A DNA stretch of 56,699 nucleotides from Vicinamibacterales bacterium (GTDB taxonomy: Bacteria; Acidobacteriota; Vicinamibacteria; Vicinamibacterales; CAVVIG01): positions 1 through 56,699 of the forward strand of contig JBKJMH010000044.1 in assembly GCA_046596625.1 (NCBI GenBank), written 5' to 3'. Position 1 is the stretch's first letter, and each line of letters starts with the position of its first letter. The position numbers and the translations under genes are program-made. The notes under the pieces are model-generated. The model made no database searches, was not told where the DNA came from, and saw only the letters and a list, made by a program, of their open reading frames with translations. Shown piece after piece: positions 1 through 9,421 of this stretch.

Positions 1-110
1 TCGAAGCCGGCATACGCCGTGATCGATTGCGTCCCGAGCAATTCGGATAGCCCTTCGGTTGCGTCGTAGACGAGCTCACGCCAGGTCAGTTCTTCGAAGA
101 GATTCGTCAT
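1..110 (-). CDS. tyrS: Tyrosyl-tRNA synthetase, N-terminal fragment (gene continues left of the window)
   Basis: Manual minus-strand translation from ATG at 108-110 gives MTNLFEELTWRELVYDATEGLSELLGTQSITAYAGFD. This matches the TyrRS N-terminus pattern (L..L.WRGL ... Y.GFDPTA). It is absent from the ORF track because it is open-ended. Confidence 0.6.
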   Translation of the reverse strand, partial: MTNLFEELTWRELVYDATEGLSELLGTQSITAYAGF

Positions 111-136
111 GGTTTCACGATTTACTATATCAATGA

Positions 137-964
137 GTGGCAATGACCAGGCGCGAGGCATTGAAGGGCATGATCGCTGTTGGCGCCGGGCTCGCCGGCG
201 GCGCAGGCGCATACGGCTACCTGTACGAGCGGCATCATCTGTCCGTCGTCGAGCAGGACGTGCCGGTCACCGGCCTGGCGCCCGTGCTGTCGGGACTCCG
301 CGTGGGCCTGCTCACTGACGTCCACCGCAGCCGCTGGGTCTCCGACGACGACGTCGTCTTCGCCGCCCAGCAGCTTATGCGGGCTGCACCAGACATCATC
401 GTGCTGGGAGGCGACTACGTCACCTGGGGTGACCGCGCCTATGTCGGCGCCGTCGCGGTTGCACTCGGCGTGCTGTCGGCGCCGCACGGCGTGTTCGCGG
501 TCCTGGGAAACCATGACGATGACCGCGAGATGACGACGGCGCTCACCGCACAAGGGATTGTCGTGTTGCGGGATGCACGAACCGAGCTGGTCATCCGCGG
601 CGAGTCACTTCAACTCGCGGGCCTGCGGTTCTGGACGCGCAAGGTGGCTGAGATCGCACCGATCCTGCGCGGCGCCACGGGCACCACCCTGCTGCTGGCA
701 CACGACCCTCGGCGAGTCACGGAAGCTGCTGTTCTCGGCGTGCCGTTGGTGCTCTCAGGCCATACCCACGGGGGGCAGGTCATCCTGCCGGGCCTCGGAG
801 CAGTGGCCGCGCGCAAATTCCCAGTCATATCCGGATTCGCGCGCCAGGACCGGACCTCGCTGTTCGTGAGCCGCGGGGTCGGAACCGTCTACGTGCCGGT
901 GCGTATCAACTGCCCGCCGGAGGTGGCCGTGCTCACGCTGAGACCAGGCGGCCTCGTCGCGTAA
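137..964 (+). CDS. Calcineurin-like metallophosphoesterase (YaeI-like) with a Tat-like signal
   Basis: N-terminus MTRREALKGMIAVGAGLAGGAGA. Motifs TDVHRS, GGDYV, GNHDDD and SGHTHGGQ are typical of the metallophosphoesterase fold. Confidence 0.8.
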   Translation: MAMTRREALKGMIAVGAGLAGGAGAYGYLYERHHLSVVEQDVPVTGLAPVLSGLRVGLLTDVHRSRWVSDDDVVFAAQQLMRAAPDIIVLGGDYVTWGDRAYVGAVAVALGVLSAPHGVFAVLGNHDDDREMTTALTAQGIVVLRDARTELVIRGESLQLAGLRFWTRKVAEIAPILRGATGTTLLLAHDPRRVTEAAVLGVPLVLSGHTHGGQVILPGLGAVAARKFPVISGFARQDRTSLFVSRGVGTVYVPVRINCPPEVAVLTLRPGGLVA

Positions 965-982
965 ACATGACTGGCCCCATCC

Positions 983-1606
983 TCACACTCCGGTCACGGC
1001 GGCATCGACCACGACACGCCGTCCAGCCAGACACCACTTCCGATCGAGCACGAGCGCGATCGCCCTGGGATAGAGGCGGTGCTCCTCAATCAGAATCCGC
1101 GCGGACAGACTCTCGACTGTGTCGGCGTCCAGAACGGGTACCGCCGCCTGCAGCACAATGACGCCGCCGTCCAACTCGGCATCGACGAGGTGAACGGTGG
1201 CGCCCGCGACCCGGACGCCATACTCCAACGCTTGCCTCTGGGCATCCAGACCAGGGAACGCCGGCAACAGCGACGGATGGATGTTCAGGATCCTGTTTGG
1301 AAATGCCTTCAACAGCGGCTCGCCGATGAGTCGCATGAATCCAGCCAGGCAGACCAGATCGACACAGCGCGACAGGAGCGCCTGCGCCACGGCCGCGTCG
1401 TAGAGATCACGACTGGCGTAGTCCTTCGCGAGGATGGAGACCGTCTCGAGGCCGGCCTCCCTGGCACGCATCAGGCCGGCGGCTTCCGTGCGATTCGAGA
1501 TCACCACCGCGATCTCGGCCTGGAGTTCTCCGCGCTGGATCGCGTCGACGATCGACTGCAGGTTCGAACCGCGGCCAGAGATCAGGATACCGAGGCGGCG
1601 GCTCAT
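983..1606 (-). CDS. purN: Phosphoribosylglycinamide formyltransferase
   Basis: MSRRLGILISGRGSNLQSIVDAI...NIHPSLLPAF...G.TVH.VD. The ORF-track ORF (to 1849) is trimmed to the ATG at 1604-1606, which overlaps the purM stop (ATGA coupling). Confidence 0.9.
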   Translation of the reverse strand: MSRRLGILISGRGSNLQSIVDAIQRGELQAEIAVVISNRTEAAGLMRAREAGLETVSILAKDYASRDLYDAAVAQALLSRCVDLVCLAGFMRLIGEPLLKAFPNRILNIHPSLLPAFPGLDAQRQALEYGVRVAGATVHLVDAELDGGVIVLQAAVPVLDADTVESLSARILIEEHRLYPRAIALVLDRKWCLAGRRVVVDAAVTGV

Positions 1607-2631
1607 GGCACGTAGCGGACGCCAGGGGCACCTTGGACGACCCGGCCGATCTCGTGCGCACCGGTCTCGCCGGACTGCTTCAACAACTCGAGAACCTGCG
1701 CACGCGAGTCGGCATCGCACGCCACGACCAAACCAATGCCCATGTTGAACGCGCGCAGCATCTCGTCGCCGGCGATGCCGCCGCGTTCTGCAATGAACGT
1801 AAACAACGGCGGAACCGACCAGGCGCTGCGGCGAATCTCCGCTTCGCATCCTTCCGGCAGGATTCGCGGGAGGTTCTCGGTCAGTCCCCCGCCCGTGATG
1901 TGCGCCATGCCCTTGACGACACCGGCCTGCAGAAGTGGGCGGATGGGTGGAAGGTACGAGCGATGCGTTGCGAGCAGGACATCGCCTGCCGTGCCCTGCA
2001 GTTCAGGCACGTAGGTATCCGCCTGGAATCCGCAGAGGTCGAAGAACACCGTCCGGGCAAGCGAGTAGCCGTTCGTATGAAGGCCCGACGAGGGCAGGCC
2101 AATCAGCACATCCCCAGGACGAATGGTCTTTCCGTCGATCAACTTCGACCGGTCCACGGCTCCGACGATGAAGCCGGCGATGTCGTACTCCCCGTCGGCA
2201 TAGAACCCGGGCATCTCGGCGGTCTCTCCGCCAATCAGTGCACACCCATTCTCCCGGCAGGCGCGGGCCACGCCGGTGACGATTTGCTCGGCCACATCCG
2301 GCGAGAGCCGCCCAGTAGCGAGGTAATCGAGAAAGAACAGCGGCGTTGCCCCCTGCACGAGGATGTCGTTGACGCAGTGATTCACGAGGTCAGCACCAAT
2401 GGTGTTGTGCCGGCCCGTCATGAACGCCACCTTCAACTTGGTGCCGACCCCATCTGCACTCGACACAAGCACCGGGTCCTGCAGGCCCGCGGCGCTGAGG
2501 CTGAACAGGCCGCCGAACGACCCGATCTCGGACAGCACTCCTGGCGTGAACGTCCCCCGCGCGAGCGCCTTGATTCGCCTGACTGTCTCATTGCCAGCGT
2601 CGATGTCGACGCCGGACTGCCGGTAATCCAT
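1603..2631 (-). CDS. purM: Phosphoribosylformylglycinamidine cyclo-ligase (AIR synthetase)
   Basis: MDYRQSGVDIDAGNETVRRIK...GGLF...DGVGTKLK...HITGGG. The start ATG at 2629-2631 overlaps the stop of the upstream HEAT gene. The 483-aa track ORF is an upstream read-through. Confidence 0.9.
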   Translation of the reverse strand: MDYRQSGVDIDAGNETVRRIKALARGTFTPGVLSEIGSFGGLFSLSAAGLQDPVLVSSADGVGTKLKVAFMTGRHNTIGADLVNHCVNDILVQGATPLFFLDYLATGRLSPDVAEQIVTGVARACRENGCALIGGETAEMPGFYADGEYDIAGFIVGAVDRSKLIDGKTIRPGDVLIGLPSSGLHTNGYSLARTVFFDLCGFQADTYVPELQGTAGDVLLATHRSYLPPIRPLLQAGVVKGMAHITGGGLTENLPRILPEGCEAEIRRSAWSVPPLFTFIAERGGIAGDEMLRAFNMGIGLVVACDADSRAQVLELLKQSGETGAHEIGRVVQGAPGVRYVP

Positions 2632-3842
2632 CAGAAGTCCAGTTTTCCGATCAGCGTCTGCATCAGTTGCCGGTCGGTGGACCCTTCCGGCGACTCCCAG
2701 TATGTCCGCCGCACCAGCGCGAAGAATCGTTCCTTGTCCAGGTCCTCTTCGAGGATGTCGAACCCTTCGGCCATCAGCGCGATCGCGTCGGCTTGCGCAG
2801 GCGCCACCTTCAGCAACGCGAGCATCAGCGGCGTGTTGCGAAGGGCCACCGTCGCCAACGCGAGCGAGATCGGCGCCCTGACCGGGTCCCGTGATGGGAT
2901 CCCTGCATCGAACAGCGCCTGCGCCGCTGACTCGCGGCCGCCAACCGCGAGCGCGCCGAGCCCGGACGCCGCTCCGCGCAGCAACTCCTGAAAGCCGATG
3001 TTCTGGTCGGCGAAACGAAGCGTCTGGACAAGAAAGCTCTCGTGCGAGCCGCAATTGGTGCCGAGCAGGCAGATCGCCGCGGCCACGAACGGTTGCGCCG
3101 TTCTGGGCGCGCTCCGTTGCAGTCCTGCGAGTGTCTCGAGCGCGCGCGGGTCGCCAATCTTTCCCAGCGCCAGCGCCGCATCATCGAGGAGAGGTCCATC
3201 GAGCCTGGCGATGGCATTGATCCCGTCGAAAGCGTAGCGCGCCTTGTAGTCGCCGAGTGCCTCGATCACGGCCCCGCGGAAGAAGTCCTCTCCCCGTCCC
3301 GACTCCCGAACCAGCACCGGCTGCACGCGGGCGTCGGAACCGTGCGCTGCCAGCGTCCGCACGAGGGCCGGCCTGACGAACTCCGCCTGCTCCCGCTCGA
3401 GCGCCGACAGGAACGACGGGATGAGCGATGGGTCCGGGTTGTGCTCGAAGTAGCTGTAGGAGACGGTGCGGAGGCGGTCGTTTGGACTGGCCAGCGATTC
3501 CCGCATGGCATCACGGGTCCGAGGGTCGTTGAAACCCGTCAGCAGGACGAGGGCGCGAAAGCGGACGTAACCGTCCGCGTGTTGCGCGACGGCGTTCAAC
3601 AGCGCGGGCACGGCCTGTGCGGGAAGGGTTCGTCGAACCAACTGGGACGCGGCCGTACGTGTCGCGTAGTCGAGCGAGCCCAGCGTGTCGATGGCTGCCT
3701 GCAGTCGAGGCGCAGCGACCGACTGGGGTGACGCAGGCTCTTGCGCCGCCGCGGTCGAGATGCCGAGGGCGAGTCCAAGACAGACAAGCGCGGACCGCAC
3801 CACTCCGTCGACGGACTCCAGGCGCCGCATCACTCCTCCCAT
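2631..3842 (-). CDS. Exported HEAT/PBS-lyase-type repeat protein
   Basis: Signal-like N-terminus (SALVCLGLALGISTAAAQEP). It is followed by repeated alpha-helical units of the HEAT type (V.ALL.A...D..VR..A...L..). The gene sits 1 nt after the purF stop and overlaps the purM start. Confidence 0.6.
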   Translation of the reverse strand: MGGVMRRLESVDGVVRSALVCLGLALGISTAAAQEPASPQSVAAPRLQAAIDTLGSLDYATRTAASQLVRRTLPAQAVPALLNAVAQHADGYVRFRALVLLTGFNDPRTRDAMRESLASPNDRLRTVSYSYFEHNPDPSLIPSFLSALEREQAEFVRPALVRTLAAHGSDARVQPVLVRESGRGEDFFRGAVIEALGDYKARYAFDGINAIARLDGPLLDDAALALGKIGDPRALETLAGLQRSAPRTAQPFVAAAICLLGTNCGSHESFLVQTLRFADQNIGFQELLRGAASGLGALAVGGRESAAQALFDAGIPSRDPVRAPISLALATVALRNTPLMLALLKVAPAQADAIALMAEGFDILEEDLDKERFFALVRRTYWESPEGSTDRQLMQTLIGKLDF

Positions 3843-3843
3843 G

Positions 3844-5274
3844 TCAGTTCGTGACGATGGCCTTGTCCAGCTTCAACGCCAGCTGCAGGTAGCTGCGTTC
3901 GTCTCGCGGGAATGCGACCGGATAGTGGCCCGTGTAGCAGGAACTGCAGTAGTGGCCGCTGCCTTCGCCGACGGCCCGCATCAACCCATCGAGGCTGAGG
4001 TACGCCACGCTGTCACAGTCGAGATAGGTGCGAATCTCGTCGAGCGTGTGCGTGGCCGCCATCAGTTCCGAGCGCCGCGGCGTATCGACACCGTAGAAGC
4101 ACGGCGAGATGGTCGGAGGGCAGCTGATGCGAACGTGGACTTCCTTCGCGCCGGCAGCGCGCACCATGCGAACAATCTTCCGGCTCGTCGTGCCTCGCAC
4201 CAGCGAGTCGTCCACGAGGATGACGCGCTTCCCGTCGAGAATGCTCCGGACCGGATTCAGCTTCACCTTCACGGCGAAGTGGCGGATGGACGACTGCGGC
4301 TGGATGAACGTACGGCCGACATAGTGATTGCGGATGAGGCCCATGCGAAGTGGGATGTTGGCTGCCTCGGCAAAGCCCATCGCTGCGCAGACGCCCGAGT
4401 CCGGAATAGGAACGACGACATCGGCATCGACGCGTTGCTCGGATGCCAGCACACGACCGAGGTTCGTCCGAACCTCGTTGACGCTCTTGCCGAAGACATA
4501 GCTGTCTGGACGCGAGAAGTAGACGTGCTCGAAGACGCAGTGCGCAAGCGGCGCCGGGCCGAACGGCTTCAGCGACTTGACGCCGCCGGCGCTGATGATC
4601 AGCAACTCACCAGGCTCGACGTCGCGCAGGTAGGTCGCGCCGATCAGGTCGAGGGCACAGGTCTCGGAGCAGACGACATAGGCCTCACCAAGACGACCCA
4701 GCGCAAGCGGCCTGAAACCGTGAGGGTCGCGCACCGCAATCATCCGGTCGGACGTCAGCATCAGGAACGAGAAGGCGCCCTGCAGTTGCGTCACCGAATC
4801 GACGACGGCATCTTCGACGCTCCGCCCCTTGGAGCGGGCGTAGAGATGCAGGACGACCTCGGTGTCGCTCCCCGACTGGAAAATAGAACCCTGGCTGACC
4901 AGCTCATTGCGCAGCGAGTCGGCATTGGTGAGATTCCCGTTGTGGCAGATGCTGAACTGACCGTGCGCGCAATCGATGAGGAACGGCTGCGCATTGGCCA
5001 GCCGGCTCTCGCCCGCCGTCGAGTAGCGTACATGTCCGATGGCCGCATGCCCCGGCAACTGCGACAGCGTCTGGCTGTCGAAGATGTCGGCGACGTAGCC
5101 CATCTGCTTCGTCACCCGCACGACACCGCCGTCGGAGACGGCAATGCCCGCGCTCTCCTGGCCGCGGTGCTGCAGCGCATACAGACCGAGGTAGGTCATG
5201 TTCGCGGACTCGTGGTGTCCGAAGATTCCGAAGACGCCGCACTCATCCCTGAACTTATCCAGCATTGACACCAT
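3844..5274 (-). CDS. purF: Amidophosphoribosyltransferase
   Basis: M(VS)MLDKFRDECGVFGIFGH (N-terminal nucleophile Cys), LQHRGQESAGIA, PRTase motif VILVDDSLVRGTTS and a C-terminal CSSCYTGHYP cluster. The start is 5274 or 5265; the upstream 100 aa of the track ORF are not PurF-like. Confidence 0.9.
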   Translation of the reverse strand: MVSMLDKFRDECGVFGIFGHHESANMTYLGLYALQHRGQESAGIAVSDGGVVRVTKQMGYVADIFDSQTLSQLPGHAAIGHVRYSTAGESRLANAQPFLIDCAHGQFSICHNGNLTNADSLRNELVSQGSIFQSGSDTEVVLHLYARSKGRSVEDAVVDSVTQLQGAFSFLMLTSDRMIAVRDPHGFRPLALGRLGEAYVVCSETCALDLIGATYLRDVEPGELLIISAGGVKSLKPFGPAPLAHCVFEHVYFSRPDSYVFGKSVNEVRTNLGRVLASEQRVDADVVVPIPDSGVCAAMGFAEAANIPLRMGLIRNHYVGRTFIQPQSSIRHFAVKVKLNPVRSILDGKRVILVDDSLVRGTTSRKIVRMVRAAGAKEVHVRISCPPTISPCFYGVDTPRRSELMAATHTLDEIRTYLDCDSVAYLSLDGLMRAVGEGSGHYCSSCYTGHYPVAFPRDERSYLQLALKLDKAIVTN

Positions 5275-5345
5275 TCTTCCGACGGAGCTGCGATTCAGGT
5301 TCTGACCGGACGCACCCGGCCAACGCACTGGCTGCTGCTGGGCGA

Positions 5346-6722
5346 CTAGGCCTTCGCGGCGGCCGAGTCGACCAATGGGGTCGCGCTCGGGATTGGCGGC
5401 CCGAACACACGGTCGAAGACGTGATCGACGTGCCGGAACTGCTCGTGCAGATCGAACGCCCGTTCGATCGCGGCGCTGGAGAGCACAGCGGTCACGTCCG
5501 AATCGGCGAGCAGCAACTTCTTGAAATCGGTCTGCTCGTGGAACGAGCGCATGGCGTTGCGCTGCACCCATTCGTAGGCCTGCTCCCGCGAAATGCCCTT
5601 CATCGCGAGTTCAAGCAGCACCGTGCCGGAGAACACCACACCGCGCGAACGGCCAAGGTTCTCGAGCATTCGCTCCGGGTAGACCACCATGCCACGGACG
5701 ATCCGCGTCATCCGGCGCAGCATGTGATCGACGGCGATGAAGCTATCGGGGATGATGACCCGCTCGACGGACGAGTGCGAGATGTCCCGCTCGTGCCACA
5801 GCGCAATATTCTCGAACCCGGCGTGGCAGTTCGCCCGAATCAGCCGGGCCATACCGACGATCTGTTCGCACCCGATCGGGTTGCGCTTGTGCGGCATGGC
5901 GGAAGAACCCTTCTGCCCCTTGGCGAACGGTTCCTCGATCTCGCCGATCTCGGTCTTCTGCAGTCCGCGAATCTCCAGGGCGAATTTCTCGAGCCCCGCC
6001 GCGGTGATAGCCAGGGCCGACAGGAGTTCAGCGTGTCGATCGCGCTGTACCACCTGCGACGCCACGGGGGCTGGCTGCAGCCCAAGCTGCTCGCACACCG
6101 CCGCCTCGATGGATGGAGGCAGGTGCGCGAACGTTCCCACTGCTCCGGACAGCTTGCCAACCGACACCACCACCCGCGCACGCTGCAGGCGCTCGATGTT
6201 ACGGGCCACCTCGGCGTACCATAGCGCGAGCTTGAGGCCGAGTGTCATTGGCTCGGCATGGACCCCGTGCGTGCGGCCGATCATCGGCGTCAGCTTGTGC
6301 TCGAAGGCGCGCTGGCGAATGGCCTCAGCCAGACCAGCCAGACCCTCGAGGATGACGTCGCACGCCTCACGCATCTGCAACGCCTGCGCGGTGTCGATAA
6401 CGTCAGACGAGGTCATCCCGAAGTGCATCCACCGCGCCGATTCGCCCACCTTCTCGGCGACTGCGGTGGTGAACGCAATCACGTCGTGCTGGGTGACCTG
6501 CTCGATTTCCTCGATGCGCGTGATGTCGAAGGCGCCGCGCTCGCGAATGTCCCGGGCGGCTTCGGACGGGACGATGCCGGCCGCGGCCATGGCATCGGCG
6601 GCGGCAGATTCAACCAGCAACCACGTCTCGTATCGACGCTGGTCGCTCCAGATCCGGCCCATTTCGGGGTGTGTGTAGCGCTGGATCACACGAAGTTCCT
6701 GCCGCGGAAGACACCATGACAC
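5346..6722 (-). CDS. purB: Adenylosuccinate lyase
   Basis: VIQRYTHPEMGRIWSDQRRYETWLLVE..., the fumarate-lyase signature GSSAMPHKRNP. The true start may be the GTG at 6689 rather than the ATG at 6722. Confidence 0.9.
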   Translation of the reverse strand: MSWCLPRQELRVIQRYTHPEMGRIWSDQRRYETWLLVESAAADAMAAAGIVPSEAARDIRERGAFDITRIEEIEQVTQHDVIAFTTAVAEKVGESARWMHFGMTSSDVIDTAQALQMREACDVILEGLAGLAEAIRQRAFEHKLTPMIGRTHGVHAEPMTLGLKLALWYAEVARNIERLQRARVVVSVGKLSGAVGTFAHLPPSIEAAVCEQLGLQPAPVASQVVQRDRHAELLSALAITAAGLEKFALEIRGLQKTEIGEIEEPFAKGQKGSSAMPHKRNPIGCEQIVGMARLIRANCHAGFENIALWHERDISHSSVERVIIPDSFIAVDHMLRRMTRIVRGMVVYPERMLENLGRSRGVVFSGTVLLELAMKGISREQAYEWVQRNAMRSFHEQTDFKKLLLADSDVTAVLSSAAIERAFDLHEQFRHVDHVFDRVFGPPIPSATPLVDSAAAKA

Positions 6723-6821
6723 CGAAGGACAAACCAGCCGACCTGTTCGGAGCCCGCGAAGGGCGCAGTCCAGCGTGATCCTCCAGAACTCTCGTGTCGT
6801 GTGTGTGTGTGGACTAGGCCG

Positions 6822-8093
6822 CTATTGTAAATCGAGACGCTCGCGCGGAACCTTCAAACCGTTCACATTCCCCAGCACTGTCGCCGAAAGCGCATCGTCA
6901 GCAAACAGGTCGGAGGCCACACGCTGCACGTCCTCGGGCGTGACCGCCTCGACGCCCTCGAGCGTTTCGTCAAGCCCGACCTGACGCTCGAAGTAGATCT
7001 CCTGACGGGCCACATGGGACATACGGCTGGCAGTGTTCTCCAGGCTCAGCATCAGGCTGCCCTTGAGGTGGTCCTTCGCGCGCTGCAACTCGGCCGGCGG
7101 CACGGGCGCGTGCTTCACGGTCCGCAGTTCATCGACCACCAGGTCGATGACCTCGCCCACCGCTTCGTTCGAACAGCCCGCATAGATCGTGAACGAGCCC
7201 GCGTCCCGGTAGGCGCTGAGACCCGAAAACACGGCGTAGGCCAGCCCGCGCTTCTCGCGCACGTTCTGGAAAAGTCGCGAGCTCATCGAGCCGCCCAGCA
7301 GCGTGTTGAGGACGTAAGTCGCGTAACGGTCGCGGTGGTCCTGGGCGTAGCTGTTGGTGCCGAGGCAGACGTGGCTCTGCTCGAGTTCCTTGTTGCGGAT
7401 CAGCACCTTCGGCACCACCCGGGGCGGCTCCTCGTGCACGGTCGCAGTGACCGCCTTGAGGTGTCCGAACCGCTCCTCGACCAACTTCTTCACGTGGTCA
7501 TGCTGGAGGTTGCCGACCGCGGAGATGATCAGGTTCTGGGGCGTGTAGGCGTCGCGGAAGTACGACTGCAGCGATTCGGACGTGAACGATTCCACCGTTT
7601 CGCGGGTGCCGAGAATAGGGCGGCCGAGTGGATGGTCTTCCCAGAACCCCTGCGTGAAGAGCTCATGAACCAGATCGTCAGGCGTGTCTTCCACCATCTT
7701 GATCTCTTCGACGACCACCTTCTTCTCCCGTTCGATGTCTTCGGGGTTGAAGGCAGGGTTGAGGACGAGGTCGGAGAGCACGTCGAGCGCCAGCGGCAGG
7801 TGCTCGTCGAGCACCTTGATGTAATAGCTGGCGTATTCCTTGGCCGTAAAGGCGTCGAGTTGCCCCCCGATCGAGTCGATGGCCTGAGCAATGTCCTCTG
7901 CGGACCTGGTCCCAGTCCCCTTGAAAAGCATGTGCTCCACGAAGTGCGCAATGCCGCCCCGTTCGGCACTTTCGTGCCTCGAACCGCGGGTCAGCCAGAC
8001 GCCGATGCTGATCGAACGAACCTGATTCATCGGCTCGGTCAGAACCCGGAGGCCGTTATCGAGTGCGTCGCGGACGATCAGTGAATTGGACAC
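6822..8093 (-). CDS. M16-family (pitrilysin/insulinase-like) zinc peptidase
   Basis: Inverted zinc motif HFVEHMLFKGT plus downstream Glu. The length and two-domain layout are typical of M16B. Confidence 0.8.
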   Translation of the reverse strand: MSNSLIVRDALDNGLRVLTEPMNQVRSISIGVWLTRGSRHESAERGGIAHFVEHMLFKGTGTRSAEDIAQAIDSIGGQLDAFTAKEYASYYIKVLDEHLPLALDVLSDLVLNPAFNPEDIEREKKVVVEEIKMVEDTPDDLVHELFTQGFWEDHPLGRPILGTRETVESFTSESLQSYFRDAYTPQNLIISAVGNLQHDHVKKLVEERFGHLKAVTATVHEEPPRVVPKVLIRNKELEQSHVCLGTNSYAQDHRDRYATYVLNTLLGGSMSSRLFQNVREKRGLAYAVFSGLSAYRDAGSFTIYAGCSNEAVGEVIDLVVDELRTVKHAPVPPAELQRAKDHLKGSLMLSLENTASRMSHVARQEIYFERQVGLDETLEGVEAVTPEDVQRVASDLFADDALSATVLGNVNGLKVPRERLDLQ

Positions 8094-8238
8094 GTGGATG
8101 GCTCACAGCGGAACGAGTTAACGATATCAGACGCGAAGCGGAGAACGCACCGCAAAGCATTGAGAATAAAGGAATTACATGCCAAGGCTCGAAATATAAC
8201 ACGCACTCGCCGGTTCGGGCAAGGTTCCGGCGCTACCG

Positions 8239-9384
8239 GTGGCTGTGCTGGACAGGCGGAGTAATATCAAGGCATTCTCGGAAGTAGCTCAGAACGTGGG
8301 AGATACCGTGTCCTCGCCCTCCAACCTTGCCGAACTCGACCTCGCCGATCTCGAAGCAGCCTTGAATGCGCGCGGCCTTGAACGCTTCCGGGCTCGGCAA
8401 GTGTTTGCCTGGATCTACAAGCGGGGTGTTACGGACGTCGAGGCGATGACCGACCTGCCACGTCAACTGCGGGCAGCGCTACTCGCCGACTTCACGATTG
8501 CCACGCCGCAGATTGCCTCGCGGGAACGCTCAACCGACGGGACCGAGAAATTCCTGATCAGACTCGCCGACGGGAAGCACATCGAGTCGGTCTTCATCCC
8601 CGATACGCCAGCCATGACCTTCTGCATCTCGACACAAGTGGGGTGCGCAATGGCGTGCGCGTTCTGCCTCACGGGCAAGATGGGCCTCGTGCGCAACCTC
8701 ACCGCAGGTGAGATCGCGGGGCAGGTGCGTGTGCTCGCCGGAGCCCTTGACCTGCGCGACAAGGCGTTCAACATCGTGCTCATGGGCATGGGCGAACCGC
8801 TGCACAACTACGATGCGGTGATGAAGGCGATGAGCATCCTCTGCGATGAACACGGCTTCCACTTGCCACCACGCCGGGTGACGCTCTCCACGGTTGGCCT
8901 GCTGCCAGCCCTCGAGAGGCTGGGCCGCGAAGCGTTGATGCCGAACCTCGCCATCTCCCTGCACGCCCCGACCGATGCGCAACGCGGCGAGCTCGTGCCC
9001 ATCAACCGGAAATACGGCGTCGCCGACATCATCGCCGCCTGCAAAGCGTTCCCCGTCCGCAAACGCAGCCGCATCACCTTCGAATACGTCATGCTGGCTG
9101 GCGTGAACGACTCTCCCGACGATGCCCGCAAGCTCGCCCGGTTGCTGTCCGGCGTGAAAGCCAAGGTGAACCTGATTCCGCTCAATGCGGCCGCCGGCAT
9201 CCCGTTCAATCGACCTGCGGACGACGTCGTCGACCGTTTCGCCCGCGTCCTGGCAGAGCGGGACGTGACCGTGTCGGTGCGGAAGAGCCGTGGACGCGAC
9301 ATCCGCGCGGCCTGTGGTCAGCTGATCGTGGAAGGGCCTGAGAGCTCACCCGCGCAGAAACTGGCGACGCTCGCCTTCCACTGA
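8239..9384 (+). CDS. rlmN: 23S rRNA/tRNA adenine-C2 methyltransferase (radical SAM)
   Basis: FRARQVFAWIYKRGV, radical-SAM cluster CAMACAFCLTG, GMGEPL, and late Cys in RAACGQL. The start codon is a GTG and the exact start is uncertain. Confidence 0.85.
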   Translation: MAVLDRRSNIKAFSEVAQNVGDTVSSPSNLAELDLADLEAALNARGLERFRARQVFAWIYKRGVTDVEAMTDLPRQLRAALLADFTIATPQIASRERSTDGTEKFLIRLADGKHIESVFIPDTPAMTFCISTQVGCAMACAFCLTGKMGLVRNLTAGEIAGQVRVLAGALDLRDKAFNIVLMGMGEPLHNYDAVMKAMSILCDEHGFHLPPRRVTLSTVGLLPALERLGREALMPNLAISLHAPTDAQRGELVPINRKYGVADIIAACKAFPVRKRSRITFEYVMLAGVNDSPDDARKLARLLSGVKAKVNLIPLNAAAGIPFNRPADDVVDRFARVLAERDVTVSVRKSRGRDIRAACGQLIVEGPESSPAQKLATLAFH

Positions 9385-9421
9385 CGCGGCAGGTTCTCCG
9401 TTGTGCCGAACCTCGTCGCAC

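Noticed and set aside
1603-3054. Long N-terminal extensions of purM (to 3054), purN (to 1849), purF (to 5571), the response regulator (to 22199), the cyclase (from 28055) and the second glycosyltransferase (from 16646).
   Set aside because: The extensions overlap the upstream genes and are not homologous to the respective families. Internal starts coincide with conserved N-termini and with ATGA/GTGA coupling.
3685-5268. 527-aa plus-strand ORF. The same class includes 36196..38613 (+, 805 aa), 28711..29964 (-), 18064..19176 (-), 19191..20432 (-), 22834..24429 (+), 42110..43291 (+), 48956..50113 (+) and 55650..56621 (-).
   Set aside because: Each lies antisense to a gene with unmistakable family motifs (purF, the TIR-kinase/AGE genes, glgC, the GTs, the kinase, DJ-1, MCO, MCM). 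Their translations are Arg/Ala/Gly/Asp-rich low-complexity sequence typical of shadow ORFs in GC-rich DNA.
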